A stretch of 64,000 nucleotides of DNA, taken from NCBI GenBank assembly GCA_963706285.1, contig CAVPLU010000004.1, positions 320,001 to 384,000 on the forward strand, read 5' to 3'. Position 1 is the stretch's first letter; each line of letters opens with the position of its first letter. The notes under the pieces were generated by a model, which did not search any database, was not told the origin of the DNA, and was given only the letters and a program-made list of their open reading frames with translations. This document shows, in pieces, positions 20,970-31,240 of this stretch. The DNA is from Candidatus Bathyarchaeota archaeon (GTDB lineage: Archaea; Thermoproteota; Bathyarchaeia; 40CM-2-53-6). A program made the position numbers and the translations under genes.

Positions 20970-22622
20970 TTGGAGGATGATGAATTGGCGTATCTTGGCG
21001 GACAACAGGTCCTCATCTTGAAGGAAGGTTCCTCGCGAAGCAGAGGTAAAGACGCTCAAAGGTCGAACATGACTGCCGCTCGCATAGTTGCAGAGGTTGT
21101 CAAGAGCACCCTTGGTCCCAGAGGAATGGACAAGATGCTCGTAGACAGTCTAGGCGATGTGACCGTCACCAATGACGGAGCAACAGTCCTAGACGAGATT
21201 GATGTTCAGAACCCAGCTGCAAAAATGATGGTGGAAGTTGCAAAAACGCAAGATGATGAAGTTGGTGACGGCACAACTACCGCGGTCATCATTGCAGGAG
21301 AGTTGTTAAAGCGTGCAGAGGCCCTGCTCGACGATGATATTCACCCCACTGTCATCGTTTCGGGGTACAAGAAGGCCGCCGAGAAGGCCATGCAAGTGCT
21401 CAGCGATATTTCCATCTCAGTCGATCCGGATGACAAAGCCACGCTGAAGAAGGTGGCAATGACGTCGATGCACAGCAAGGGACTGGGCGAGGCGAGGGAA
21501 CACTTTGCAGATATCTCAATCGAAGCTGTTAGACTGGTGGCTGAGAAGCGGGGCACAGAATGGACCGCCGACATCGATAACATACAACTCACAAAGAAAG
21601 AGGGAAAGAGCCTCCTCGATACTGAGCTCGTGAAGGGCATAATTGTGGACAAGGAAGTCGTCCACCCAGGCATGCCCAAGAGCGTGAAGAACGCTAAGGT
21701 TGCACTTCTAGACTCTGCACTGGAGATTGAGAAGACTGAGATCAGCGCCGAGATCAGGATCAACGATCCAACGCAGATGAAAGCATTCTTGGACGAGGAG
21801 ACCAAGATGATGAAGGATATGGTGGACAAGATCAAGGCCGCAAAAGCGAATGTGGTCATGTGCCAGAAAGGAATAGACGATACCACTCAGCACTTTTTGG
21901 CCAAAGAGGGAATCCTTGCGGTCAGAAGAATCAAGAAATCTGACATGGAGAAATTGGCAAGGGCAACGGGTGGCAAAGTCGTTACCAATCTTGAGGATCT
22001 ACGAGAGAGCGACCTCGGATTGGCAGGCCTCGTGGAAGAACGCAAACTGGGTGATGACAAGATGGTCTTCATCGAAGGATGCAAGAACCCGAGATCAGTC
22101 GCGATACTGATACGAGCGGGACTCGAAAGGCTGGTTGACGAAGCCGAGCGTGCCCTAAACGACTCTCTTTCCGTAGTCGCAGACGTCATCACCAAGAATA
22201 AGGTTGTAGCTGGAGGGGGAGCGATCGAGGCTGAACTGTCCAGGAAGACCCGAGACTACGCCAAGAAGGTTGGAGGGAGAGAGCAACTGGCCATCGAGGC
22301 CTTCGCCGATTCTCTCGAAGCCATCCCTAGAACACTAGCGGAGAATGCTGGGCTCGATCCAATTGACATCATGGTTGCCCTTCGATCGGCTCACGAGAAA
22401 AAGGATGGGCTGTGGCAGGGTGTGGATGTCTTCAAGGGTGGAACAAAAGACATGCTCAAGAGCGGAGTTCTCGAACCCATCAAGGTCAAGGAACAAGCAA
22501 TCAAGTCCGCCACCGAAGCTGCTTCGATGATTCTAAGAATCGATGATGTGATAGCTTCCGCAAAGCCCCCGCCAACCCCACCTCCGCAAGGAGGTCCAGG
22601 CGGAGGCATGCCTGACTACTAA
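20970..22622 (+). CDS. ths: Thermosome subunit (group II chaperonin)
   Basis: [30 protein letters not shown]. Confidence 0.98.
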   Translation: MEDDELAYLGGQQVLILKEGSSRSRGKDAQRSNMTAARIVAEVVKSTLGPRGMDKMLVDSLGDVTVTNDGATVLDEIDVQNPAAKMMVEVAKTQDDEVGDGTTTAVIIAGELLKRAEALLDDDIHPTVIVSGYKKAAEKAMQVLSDISISVDPDDKATLKKVAMTSMHSKGLGEAREHFADISIEAVRLVAEKRGTEWTADIDNIQLTKKEGKSLLDTELVKGIIVDKEVVHPGMPKSVKNAKVALLDSALEIEKTEISAEIRINDPTQMKAFLDEETKMMKDMVDKIKAAKANVVMCQKGIDDTTQHFLAKEGILAVRRIKKSDMEKLARATGGKVVTNLEDLRESDLGLAGLVEERKLGDDKMVFIEGCKNPRSVAILIRAGLERLVDEAERALNDSLSVVADVITKNKVVAGGGAIEAELSRKTRDYAKKVGGREQLAIEAFADSLEAIPRTLAENAGLDPIDIMVALRSAHEKKDGLWQGVDVFKGGTKDMLKSGVLEPIKVKEQAIKSATEAASMILRIDDVIASAKPPPTPPPQGGPGGGMPDY

Positions 22623-22750
22623 TCGAACAACACGACAAGAGCGCCGCAATGTTTACGATCGCAGACGACTCTCCAGTGAGACTTGGAATATTCAATACGA
22701 TTTGTCATACAAGCCTTTAAGAAAGGCTGCGAGTTTCGTACACGAACAGT

Positions 22751-22885
22751 GCTCCGGTAGTATAGCCCGGTCATGCGCAAAGCGCCGAGAGTATGCTGGC
22801 CTCTCGCGACACATCGGAGAAAGCCAGCGACGCGGGTTCAAAATGATCAAGAAGACAGATCATGAAAATCCCGCCCGGAGCACCA
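22751..22885 (+). tRNA. tRNA-Glu(CTC) with three introns (20b/21, 37/38, 59/60)
   Basis: Removing 22774-22789, 22807-22821 and 22843-22868 gives a normal cloverleaf, GCTCCGG...CCGGAGC-A-CCA. Each intron has BHB geometry. Confidence 0.92.
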
Positions 22886-22905
22886 AGCTAGCACAAACGA
22901 ACTGG

Positions 22906-23500
22906 TTGCCAAGACTCAGAAAAGGAACAGCAGTCATCGTGACAGGGACGCCAGGCACAGGAAAGACAACCATCAGTCGCCTACTCGCGAGAGAGCTCAG
23001 AGCGAGCTACGTCAACCCTCAGAGCCTCATTAGAAGCGAAGGCATGGACTTCACATACGATGATGAACCGGAAAACACGCATAGTCTCTCCCAGACGCCT
23101 TGGCGAGGCAATACGTAGGCGATCCATCCGAGCCGACCATGGATTGGTCATTGACAGCCACATAAGTCCAGAAACCGGTCCTCTGCCTGGACTTGTCAGA
23201 GCGATTGTCCTTCGTTGCGATCCGGTCATCTTGAAGCGCCGACTTGAACGGAAGCGATGGTCGAAATCCAAGATTGGCGAAAACCTTCTGGCAGAGATAC
23301 TTGATATCTGTTTGTGGGACGCAGTGAAGAACTACGGGTGGAAAAGGATCTTGGAGGTCGACACTTCAAAGAAGACCCCCCACAACGTGATCCAGGTGAT
23401 AATGAATGATCTGAAGAAGAAACGACCTCAAGGAAAGCCGAAAGTTGACTGGATGTCGACCTTGAAACGCAGAGAGAATCTTGTCCACTATCTAATGTGA
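22906..23500 (+). CDS. Adenylate kinase AK6/Fap7 family, one frameshift near 23065
   Basis: VTGTPGTGKTT in frame 1; IDSH, VLRCDP and ENLLAEILD in frame 2. Confidence 0.85.
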
Positions 23501-23509
23501 GGGCCGGAA

Positions 23510-23752
23510 TTGAAGAGGAATTATCTGGTTGTGGCATGCGCGAAATGTAGAGCTCTTCTACTTGCGCAGCAGGGGAAGAAGACTAGACAGTGTCCATACT
23601 GTGGAGCCAAGATTGTCCTCTCAAAGACAGAGATTCTTTGGATAACGAGCGACCTCGAAGAGGCGCGATCGATCCTTCGTTCCAAACGACAGGGTAGCTC
23701 TGAACCCGTAACAGCCAATGAATATCAGAGGCAGATCAGCACAGACTTTTAA
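23510..23752 (+). CDS. DUF1922-like zinc-ribbon protein
   Basis: CAKC...KTRQCPYCG. Confidence 0.75.
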   Translation: MKRNYLVVACAKCRALLLAQQGKKTRQCPYCGAKIVLSKTEILWITSDLEEARSILRSKRQGSSEPVTANEYQRQISTDF

Positions 23753-23771
23753 CGTCAATACATGAGTATCT

Positions 23772-24218
23772 GTGGTGATCAGTTTGTCTTCAGCTGCAGA
23801 TAGAAAGTTCTCTGAAGAGCTTGCGCTTCTCCTTCAGAAGACGGTCGTAGTCGAAACCAGCAGTGGAAAGAAGTATACCGGAATTCTCTCCGGAGTGGAT
23901 ACGGACACTCTCACAGTATGTATCTCAGATTGCACCGACGAATCGGGAAAGATTCTCCATAGGCTATTCATCACCGGCCGCTCGATCGCACAGATGTACA
24001 GCATGGAGAAACCGTTTGATCTGCAATCACTTGCCGATAGACTCGAACGAGTGTTTCCGAGAATGGTAAGAGTGGTCGAAGGCTCGGGCGTGATCTTGAT
24101 CATGGACAAGATTAGACTGAGCGAGAAAGGCATTATCGAAGGATCAGGACCAGCCGCAGAAAGAGTCCAGAAGGTCTACGAGGAGTTCATGAAAGAACGG
24201 CCGCCGAAAGGAGCCTAG
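23772..24218 (+). CDS. Lsm protein with C-terminal extension (SmAP3 type)
   Basis: Sm fold (GKKYTGILSGVD) followed by FDLQSLADRLERVFP...GSGPAAERV. Confidence 0.88.
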   Translation: MVISLSSAADRKFSEELALLLQKTVVVETSSGKKYTGILSGVDTDTLTVCISDCTDESGKILHRLFITGRSIAQMYSMEKPFDLQSLADRLERVFPRMVRVVEGSGVILIMDKIRLSEKGIIEGSGPAAERVQKVYEEFMKERPPKGA

Positions 24219-24306
24219 TGCCTCGGAAGAGCCCAGCTTAGGAACCAGATGCATGACCGACCTCGTTCACTGCACTGACGTTATGGATTATGTTGAATGA
24301 TGTGCA

Positions 24307-25932
24307 TTGTCCTTCGAGATTACCCAGAGAGATGTTCTGGGCAGAATAGGAGTCTTTGAGACCAAGAGTGGAAAACTCGAAACGCCAGTTCTTTTTCCCG
24401 TGGTGAACCCGCTCGCCCAAGAGATCTCGCCGCGCATCATGTTTGAGAAACTTGGATGCAGAGCGCTAATCACGAATGCATACCTGATAGGACGGCGAGC
24501 AGGGAACGCTGGAGTCACTGACATTCATAGTTTCTTGGACTTCCCGGGCATCATTGCCACGGACTCGGGGGCATACCAGATTCTTCGTTACGGGGACGTT
24601 GAGATCAGCCCGCTGGAGGTAATCAGATATCAAGAGTCCATTCAAACCGATATCGGCGTTATCCTAGATGTTCCCACGGGATCGAAGGCTTCTAGAGCCC
24701 AAGCAACTGAAACCGTGAAGGAAACCATCAAGAGAGCTGATGAGGCACAGAAAGCGATCACAAAGAGAGACATAGCTTGGGTAGGGCCGATACAGGGAGG
24801 ACAGTTCCCAGATCTGGTCGCTCACAGCGCTCGCGAAATGACGAAGCGAGGATTCGACATATACGCACTGGGAAGCCCAACCAAGATAATGGAGCAGTAC
24901 CTGTTCGCAGACTTGGCCGATATGATATTTGCAGCAAAAACAAACCTCCCCTCAAGCGCACCGTTCCACTTATTCGGCGCCGGTCACCCGTTCATGCTTG
25001 CATTTGCCGTAGCACTTGGATGCGATTTATTCGATTCAGCTGCCTACATTCTCTACGCACGAAGAGGGCGATATCTAACCAATGCCGGAACCCTCCATCT
25101 CGCGCAGATGGAGTACTTTCCATGCCGGTGCAGCGCTTGCCTTAGAATGAAACCAGCAGACGTGAGGTTGCTTCCCACCATCGAGAAGACGCAATTCCTT
25201 GCCGAGCACAACATTTCGGCCTGTTTGCAGGAGATCGCTACCATCAAGGAAGCCATTGTCGAGGGAAGACTCTGGGAACTCGTCGAAGCAAGATGCAGGA
25301 GCCATCCAAGCCTACTGCAAGGCCTTCGAAGAATCAAAGAACATAAACCACAGATAACGCGTGGCGCACCGTCAACAAAACGTAAGGGAATTCTCTTCTT
25401 CGACTCGACGAGTCTCCAACGACCGGAGTATCTCATATATCTTGAGAGACTGGTGGGAGACTACGAGCCCCCGAAAACAGCAACCACCGCGTTGTTGGTA
25501 CCTGCAACTCGGCAAGGTCCTGAAGACAGAGTGGACACCCGCGTGGGACTCAAAGGTCTAGGCCCTGAGACACACGTTTGCCTGTACTGCCCACCATATG
25601 GGATAGTGCCTTCTGAGTTGGAGGATGTCTTTCCATTCATGCACACCGAGATCCCGGAAGAACCTGATCCAGAAATTCTCAAGGCAATGGTGGGAACGGT
25701 TCGTATTTACTTTGCCAGCCACAGAGGGTATCGGTCCTTGGTCGTCGCTCACTCAAGCAGGGACTGGCAGAGACGTTTCGCCAGGATGTGCGGGCACATT
25801 TGCAGGGACATGGGGCTGAGATTCCATAGCTGCAGCGAAGGCAAACTGCGTAACATACGGATAGAAATACTAGGTAGCCAGAAGAAGCATCCATACAAGA
25901 GCCTCAGAAGAACACGGGTCAGAAGGAAATAG
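24307..25932 (+). CDS. tgtA: tRNA-guanine(15) transglycosylase (archaeosine)
   Basis: ETPVLFPVVNP, TDSGAYQ, HLFGAGHP, GCDLFDSAAY, CRCSAC, EHN. Confidence 0.95.
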   Translation: MSFEITQRDVLGRIGVFETKSGKLETPVLFPVVNPLAQEISPRIMFEKLGCRALITNAYLIGRRAGNAGVTDIHSFLDFPGIIATDSGAYQILRYGDVEISPLEVIRYQESIQTDIGVILDVPTGSKASRAQATETVKETIKRADEAQKAITKRDIAWVGPIQGGQFPDLVAHSAREMTKRGFDIYALGSPTKIMEQYLFADLADMIFAAKTNLPSSAPFHLFGAGHPFMLAFAVALGCDLFDSAAYILYARRGRYLTNAGTLHLAQMEYFPCRCSACLRMKPADVRLLPTIEKTQFLAEHNISACLQEIATIKEAIVEGRLWELVEARCRSHPSLLQGLRRIKEHKPQITRGAPSTKRKGILFFDSTSLQRPEYLIYLERLVGDYEPPKTATTALLVPATRQGPEDRVDTRVGLKGLGPETHVCLYCPPYGIVPSELEDVFPFMHTEIPEEPDPEILKAMVGTVRIYFASHRGYRSLVVAHSSRDWQRRFARMCGHICRDMGLRFHSCSEGKLRNIRIEILGSQKKHPYKSLRRTRVRRK

Positions 25933-25942
25933 GTTCCTGAAT

Positions 25943-26959
25943 TTGCCCGCAGCGAAGAAAGGTGCCTTGGGAAGACTGTTAGGTTCAGATACCCGAGCGG
26001 AGCTCCTCACGTTCTTTCATGGCAATCCGAGAACTGCTGACAGTTTAGAAGGGCTCGCGACTAGGCTCGGGAGAAAGTCTACTGAGATTGAGACTGATCT
26101 GTCAGAGCTTGTCGAGATCGGTCTGCTTCGGGAACGGAGGATCTATTCTCTGGATCCTGACCGAGATGTTACTCTGCAAAGAGAGATTTCGGAGGAGCTG
26201 AAAGAGACTACTGCACAACAAGAGCGGGAACCTCTTGAAGAAGCCACGAAAGATCTAACAGAAATCGAAATCATCGATCATATCGTGCCATCCGGAATCC
26301 CTTCTCCGGCAATGCTGCTTATCATGGGCGACCCTGGAACAGCCAAGAGGGAGCTATGCCTAGAATTCATAGCAAGATGCCTTAGACGCAAGCATCGTGT
26401 CGTCTACTTGGCCTTAGATGAATCTCCCGGAGAAATACGCGCCTCATTAACTCAGGCGAGTAACCTTGAGCCTCCTGCAGGATCTCTTGCCCAAACTGAA
26501 AGACTACGCGATCTCGTGATGATCGACTGTTACTCTTCGCAGATCGGGATGACGAGCGATGAAGAATTGAATGTCGATCCAAACAACCTTTCGGAGCTGA
26601 GCATTACGGTATCGAAAGCTCTAGAGAACAAAACGCAAGGCCTCTTTGCTCTTGATTCCCTTGACACTCTAATTCGCAAGAGGGGACTAGCCTCATCCTT
26701 AGAGTTCATTCGAACACTCCGAGCCAAGACAAGGATCGCCAAATTTGATTCGATAGTCACTTTGAACAGGCAGGCTTTCCCGACGGCGATACTGGCAGCA
26801 GTGCAGGAAAGCGTCGACGGAGTATTCGAGATGAAAGTCGAAGAAGAGCCGTCGGGACTCACACGATACTTCAGAATTCCCAAAATGCGTGGCACTCAAC
26901 ACCATACCGCATGGAGAGCTTACGAGCCAGACTTCAGAGCACCTGTCAAGACCAAATGA
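25943..26959 (+). CDS. HTH-fused KaiC/RAD55-like ATPase with degenerate Walker A
   Basis: N-terminal wHTH; GDPGTAKR, LDES, IDCYS, LDSL, VDGVFEM, PKMRG. Confidence 0.8.
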   Translation: MPAAKKGALGRLLGSDTRAELLTFFHGNPRTADSLEGLATRLGRKSTEIETDLSELVEIGLLRERRIYSLDPDRDVTLQREISEELKETTAQQEREPLEEATKDLTEIEIIDHIVPSGIPSPAMLLIMGDPGTAKRELCLEFIARCLRRKHRVVYLALDESPGEIRASLTQASNLEPPAGSLAQTERLRDLVMIDCYSSQIGMTSDEELNVDPNNLSELSITVSKALENKTQGLFALDSLDTLIRKRGLASSLEFIRTLRAKTRIAKFDSIVTLNRQAFPTAILAAVQESVDGVFEMKVEEEPSGLTRYFRIPKMRGTQHHTAWRAYEPDFRAPVKTK

Positions 26960-27078
26960 TGAACCCTCCAATCTCGTCAACAAGCACGGATTTCCATCCA
27001 AACTGTTGACTCTTTTAGACGAGGATCAATAACAAGGATTTTAATTACAGACGATGCAGATCAGAGCAGCGAACCTAG

Positions 27079-28134
27079 ATGAGCCGCCAACGTTTCCTTA
27101 GTCATCCAACGAAATTGTTCGAAATCTCTTCCGGCAAGACAACAGATCAACTGCTTTCTGAAATGGCATCTACGGCCTTCCAAGGAAGAAGACTTGGTGA
27201 GGCCTTTGAGATTTGGACTCGAATGTTGAAGAAACGACAGATAGTCATCTGGATGGGAATCGCAGGCGCAATGGTGCCGGCTGGCATGCGGAAGATCATT
27301 ACGCAGTTGATCAGACGAAGAATGATAGACGTTCTAGTTACAACTGGCGCAACGATCTATCACGACGCCTATGAAGCAACCGGTGGAAAGCACTTCAAAG
27401 GAACCGACAAGGTTGATGACGTGCAACTCAGGAAGTATAAAGTTGACAGAATGTACGATGTCTACGCTGACGAGAAGAAGTTCTATCGCCTAGATAACGA
27501 GATTGACAGAGAGTTCTGCTCTGTCCTTCGAGATAACTATCCATACTCTTCTCGTCAGATCACCGAGAAGCTTGGCGCTTGGCTATCAGAGAGAGCTCGA
27601 GACAGGGACAGCATCTCAATTGCAGCGAAAGAGGCTGGTGTTCCGATCTTCCTTCCGGCCCTCTGCGACAGTTCCCTTGGTTTTGCGATGATGTTCGCGA
27701 ATAGGAGAAGAGGTAGAAAAATCATCGTCGATCACATGAAGGATGTTCATGAGAGCGCTCTGATCACTGAGAAATCATCAAGAAGTGGAGTTGTGATTTT
27801 CGGAGGTGGAGTCCCTAAGAACTTCATACAGCAGTCCGCTGTTGTTGCAAGCTATGCGACGCGGCATGACAGGAAGCACGACTACGCGCTACAAGTTACC
27901 ACGGACGCTGCACATTGGGGTGGTCTTAGCGGAGCCACCCTTGAAGAGGCAAAGAGCTGGGGCAAATACAGCGCAAGGGCACAAATGGTCACATGCTACG
28001 CGGATTCCACCATAGCATTGCCTATGCTAGGTCAGGGTCTTGCTGAAAGGTTCAAGCGGATGAGAAGAGACGTTCCAAGGTTCGATTGGACAGCTGACAC
28101 ACTCAGGATCACGTTCCAGAGGTTCAGGGCATAA
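27079..28134 (+). CDS. dys: Deoxyhypusine synthase family protein
   Basis: TAFQG, PALCDSS, GGGVPKN, GGLSGA, EAKSWGK. Confidence 0.9.
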   Translation: MSRQRFLSHPTKLFEISSGKTTDQLLSEMASTAFQGRRLGEAFEIWTRMLKKRQIVIWMGIAGAMVPAGMRKIITQLIRRRMIDVLVTTGATIYHDAYEATGGKHFKGTDKVDDVQLRKYKVDRMYDVYADEKKFYRLDNEIDREFCSVLRDNYPYSSRQITEKLGAWLSERARDRDSISIAAKEAGVPIFLPALCDSSLGFAMMFANRRRGRKIIVDHMKDVHESALITEKSSRSGVVIFGGGVPKNFIQQSAVVASYATRHDRKHDYALQVTTDAAHWGGLSGATLEEAKSWGKYSARAQMVTCYADSTIALPMLGQGLAERFKRMRRDVPRFDWTADTLRITFQRFRA

Positions 28135-28194
28135 GCGTCAGAGCTTGGGGCTACATAGCTAAATAGTTGCGAACGTCGGTCTAGGAATGGGCCC

Positions 28195-28319
28195 GGGCCC
28201 GTAAGGAAATGAGAATCCCGGGAAGCTCAGCCAGGTTGGAGCGACCGTAACACGTCCATGGGACAAAGTTGTCGAAGCTCATAACCGGTTGGTCGGGCGT
28301 TCAAATCGCCCCGGGCCCA
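28195..28319 (+). tRNA. tRNA with CAT anticodon, probably tRNA-Ile2, introns at 9/10 and 30/31
   Basis: Ile-type acceptor GGGCCCG/CGGGCCC. Removing 28204-28224 and 28248-28276 gives a cloverleaf with loop CT-CAT-AA. Both introns form clean BHBs. Confidence 0.88.
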
Positions 28320-28391
28320 TCACAATGATTCTCAATGAGAGTTCCTGTCTTGCGGCGCAGAAGTCAGCTGCGTCAGCGTACTCATTTGCGC

Positions 28392-28610
28392 CTACTGTTG
28401 GATGCGTTTGATAACTAGTTGGATGTCTTCGGCTTTGACGGTCTTACGTCCTGCATGGGTGGCAAGCGTGGCAGCCTCTTTGCTCACACGCACAGCATAT
28501 TCTTCCAAGATACGGCGCATCTCTTCGACCGCGTCGTCCCCGACTCGCTCGGCACCAGCTTTCTCGATGAGTCTCCGAACTGCGGCCGTAGAAAGTTCAC
28601 CGTTTCGCAT
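28392..28610 (-). CDS. Archaeal histone (HMf family)
   Basis: ELSTAAVRRLIEKAGAERVG...HAGRKTVKAEDI. Confidence 0.95.
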   Translation of the reverse strand: MRNGELSTAAVRRLIEKAGAERVGDDAVEEMRRILEEYAVRVSKEAATLATHAGRKTVKAEDIQLVIKRIQQ

Positions 28611-28984
28611 CAAAATAACCAGAAAAAGGTTTGGAATTGCGATTCTATTAAGGTTTGCCACTTCTCGACAGCAAGAGCATGATTAGTGCCTTCTGTGGCG
28701 GCTAGAGGCTGCTTTTGAGCCCTTCTCATCCACTACGCCATGTCAATCGACGCGCCAACGTACACGAAAAAGGAGATGTATATGTGAAGCCCTGTTTCCA
28801 GAAGATTCTTCCCGCAATCATTTCCCTCTGCAGAAGACTGGCAAACCGTCCGTAGGTCGCGCATGAATGATTCATGACACTTCCCTCATTTGCCACGGAT
28901 TGTCGACTGTTTCGGCTCGATGAACCCTAGGTTTTTAGGCGAGACGAATGATTGCAGGCTTCGCACTACGCCGGAGACAAGAGA

Positions 28985-29272
28985 TTGGGAAAAGTTCGCA
29001 CGGAAACCGTAAAGCGGGCTGCAAGGGAATTGATCGAGAGATTCCCTGACAAGTTCACAAACGAGTATGAAGCAAACAAGACAGCGGTCAATGAAACAGT
29101 GAAGGCGCCATCAAAGAAACTCAGAAATCTGATAGCAGGGTACATCACGCGCCTCAAAGTAACGGATTCCAATAAGACAGCCATGATGCAAATGAGCCCA
29201 GAAGCTCAACTAGGTCTAGGCGAAGACGAGGAAGAACAGACTCAAGAGGAAAGCACGCCCGCGGCAGCATAG
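28985..29272 (+). CDS. rps17e: 30S ribosomal protein eS17 with acidic tail
   Basis: TTG start, MGKVRTETVKRAARELIE...SKKLRNLIAGYITR. Confidence 0.95.
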   Translation: MGKVRTETVKRAARELIERFPDKFTNEYEANKTAVNETVKAPSKKLRNLIAGYITRLKVTDSNKTAMMQMSPEAQLGLGEDEEEQTQEESTPAAA

Positions 29273-29773
29273 AATTTGTTTTCTCGCTTAGCGTTCGAAC
29301 GACAAGACGAGGTCCCATTTTCATAATCTCATAATTCAAGATCGATAACGAACCGATCGTTATTCGGAATGTTTGTGACTCGTATGGATGTCCAAGTCAC
29401 GTCATGCAGATCCTAGTACTGTGCATGAATTAAGATCTGGACATGCAAGTTGACTAAGATGGCAATCCTCAGTCACGAGCCATTGCTTGAATGCTCAGAA
29501 CGTCATGCCTTGATCCAGACGAGACGTCGGAGCACTCTGTTGTGGCTACCATGTCGAGCGACGATTATCTTCTTAACGAGAAATATGACAAGTTGCAGAC
29601 AATTGTTCCTGAAAGGTAAGCATTGGGATGTCTATTTGTTCGCGTTTTCGAAAATCGGCAAGAAACCCTAGGGGCAGGCGGCTGTGCTGTCCATCCGGCT
29701 GCAATTGGCAAGTTTGCAAAGACTTTTATGGGGACATAATGAGGTAGACTGAAAACGTATTGAAGGGAGGCGC

Positions 29774-29926
29774 ATGCTGATGGTGGAAATGTTCTGTGTC
29801 AAGTGTAAAGAGAAGAAGACAGTTGCCGACAATACTGTGACAAAAGAGAAGACCGCAAAAGGTCGCAACATGATTCGTTCTATCTGTCCAACTTGTGGAA
29901 CCAAGATGGTCAAGTTCGTGAAGTAG
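29774..29926 (+). CDS. Small basic zinc-ribbon protein (DUF5679-like, 50 aa)
   Basis: Not in the ORF track. MLMVEMFCVKCKEKKTVADNTVTKEKTAKGRNMIRSICPTCGTKMVKFVK, preceded by GGAGG. Confidence 0.8.
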   Translation: MLMVEMFCVKCKEKKTVADNTVTKEKTAKGRNMIRSICPTCGTKMVKFVK

Positions 29927-30053
29927 CTTCCGACTGTCTGAATCTAGCAGGGCACTGGCTGAACGAATTGACCGGCTATGTGCCTGCTTCTACCCATTTC
30001 TAGCTCTCACGGGATTCCATTGAGGCCACCGTTGAAGCAAAGGGTTCAAATCG

Positions 30054-30923
30054 TTGGCTCGAACAACCGAGCAAGATTCATCGGAACTGATCATCAGGCA
30101 TGAGAAGCTCGATCTTCGAATCTATCTGTCATCACTGAGCAAGTTGCTACTGCATGAGGAAACTATTCCCGAAAGAGTTGCTGAGCTAAAACGAGAATTC
30201 TTCCATGATCAAATAGTGAAGGTTCCCATCGTTGTCGACTCCAACACATCTGTTGTTCTTGATGGAATGCATCGTGTAGCGGCGCTGAGAGAACTCAATT
30301 GCGCTTGCGTACCAGTATGTGCGGTCGACTATCAGAATCCAGGTATCAGAGTAGGCGCCTGGTACAGGACGATGTCCGGCGAGTCGAGCCCTGATCAGGT
30401 CAAGTCCACGCTCTCGGCATCGCGTCTAATGCTTGATGCATTCTCGTTTGACAAGACGAGATTCATGGAGAATCCAATGCTCGCAATACTCTTCGCAAAT
30501 GGAGAGTGTTACAAGCTCATGAGCAGTAGTTCACAGACTTTTGACACTCTTAGGATTGCAGAGCAGTGTATTCGAGATCTTGGTTTTGTTATCAAGTTCG
30601 AGACTGAACATGATGCGTTTCAGGCTCTCATCAACAAGGGAACAGGAGCAATAATGACTCTGCCTAAGATAGACAAGGCATCGATCCGGGAAGCAGGACT
30701 CACGGGGCGACTGCTACCTCACAAAGTGACCAGGCATATCATACCCGCTCGACCACTAGGGGTGAACGTACCTCTCAAGACGCTCACAGACCAAACCGTG
30801 AAAATCGAAGAGACAAACCGAAGATTTGTTGCTGATTTGGAGACGAGAACAATAACACGTGAACCTTCCGGAGCGATTATCGAAGGCAGACGCTACGACG
30901 AAGAGACGTTTATCTTCAACTAG
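30054..30923 (+). CDS. ParB/Srx-fold protein, SerK/SbnI-like kinase candidate
   Basis: LHEE, PIVVD, LDGMHR and C-terminal PHKVTRH. Confidence 0.65.
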   Translation: MARTTEQDSSELIIRHEKLDLRIYLSSLSKLLLHEETIPERVAELKREFFHDQIVKVPIVVDSNTSVVLDGMHRVAALRELNCACVPVCAVDYQNPGIRVGAWYRTMSGESSPDQVKSTLSASRLMLDAFSFDKTRFMENPMLAILFANGECYKLMSSSSQTFDTLRIAEQCIRDLGFVIKFETEHDAFQALINKGTGAIMTLPKIDKASIREAGLTGRLLPHKVTRHIIPARPLGVNVPLKTLTDQTVKIEETNRRFVADLETRTITREPSGAIIEGRRYDEETFIFN

Positions 30924-30949
30924 CGGGACTGGCACGAGAAGACCTGACG

Positions 30950-31240
30950 TTGCGAATTCGAGTAAAATTCTACGGAGTCCTGAAGACGGCCGCGAACACG
31001 GAAACACTCGAGCTTGCTTTCGACGGCACCGTCTCTGTCCGACAACTCGTGAGCAGGCTAGTGAATGTGATTGCTCGCCCCGAGTTTGAGTCGTATCTTA
31101 TCGATGCGGACACCAAGGATCCTAGACCGAATGCATTGATTCTGGTATCAGGGACAGAGATTGGAGCGCTGAACGGAACTGACACGATGCTGAGAGACGA
31201 AGACGAAGTCGTGTTCCTTCCTGTCGCACATGGCGGTTGA
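30950..31240 (+). CDS. MoaD/ThiS ubiquitin-like sulfur carrier (SAMP-like)
   Basis: IRVKFYG...DEVVFLPVAHGG with terminal GG. Confidence 0.9.
   Translation: MRIRVKFYGVLKTAANTETLELAFDGTVSVRQLVSRLVNVIARPEFESYLIDADTKDPRPNALILVSGTEIGALNGTDTMLRDEDEVVFLPVAHGG

Noticed and set aside
22702-22905. N-terminal extension of the adenylate kinase ORF
   Set aside because: It runs through tRNA-Glu. TTG at 22906 is the more plausible start.
28195-28319. tRNA-Met call for the CAT tRNA
   Set aside because: The GGGCCC acceptor resembles tRNA-Ile(GAT) in this window and there is no initiator A1:U72, so Ile2 is preferred.
29345-29364. Palindrome ATAACGA-N5-TCGTTAT after rps17e
   Set aside because: Single occurrence with no supporting context.
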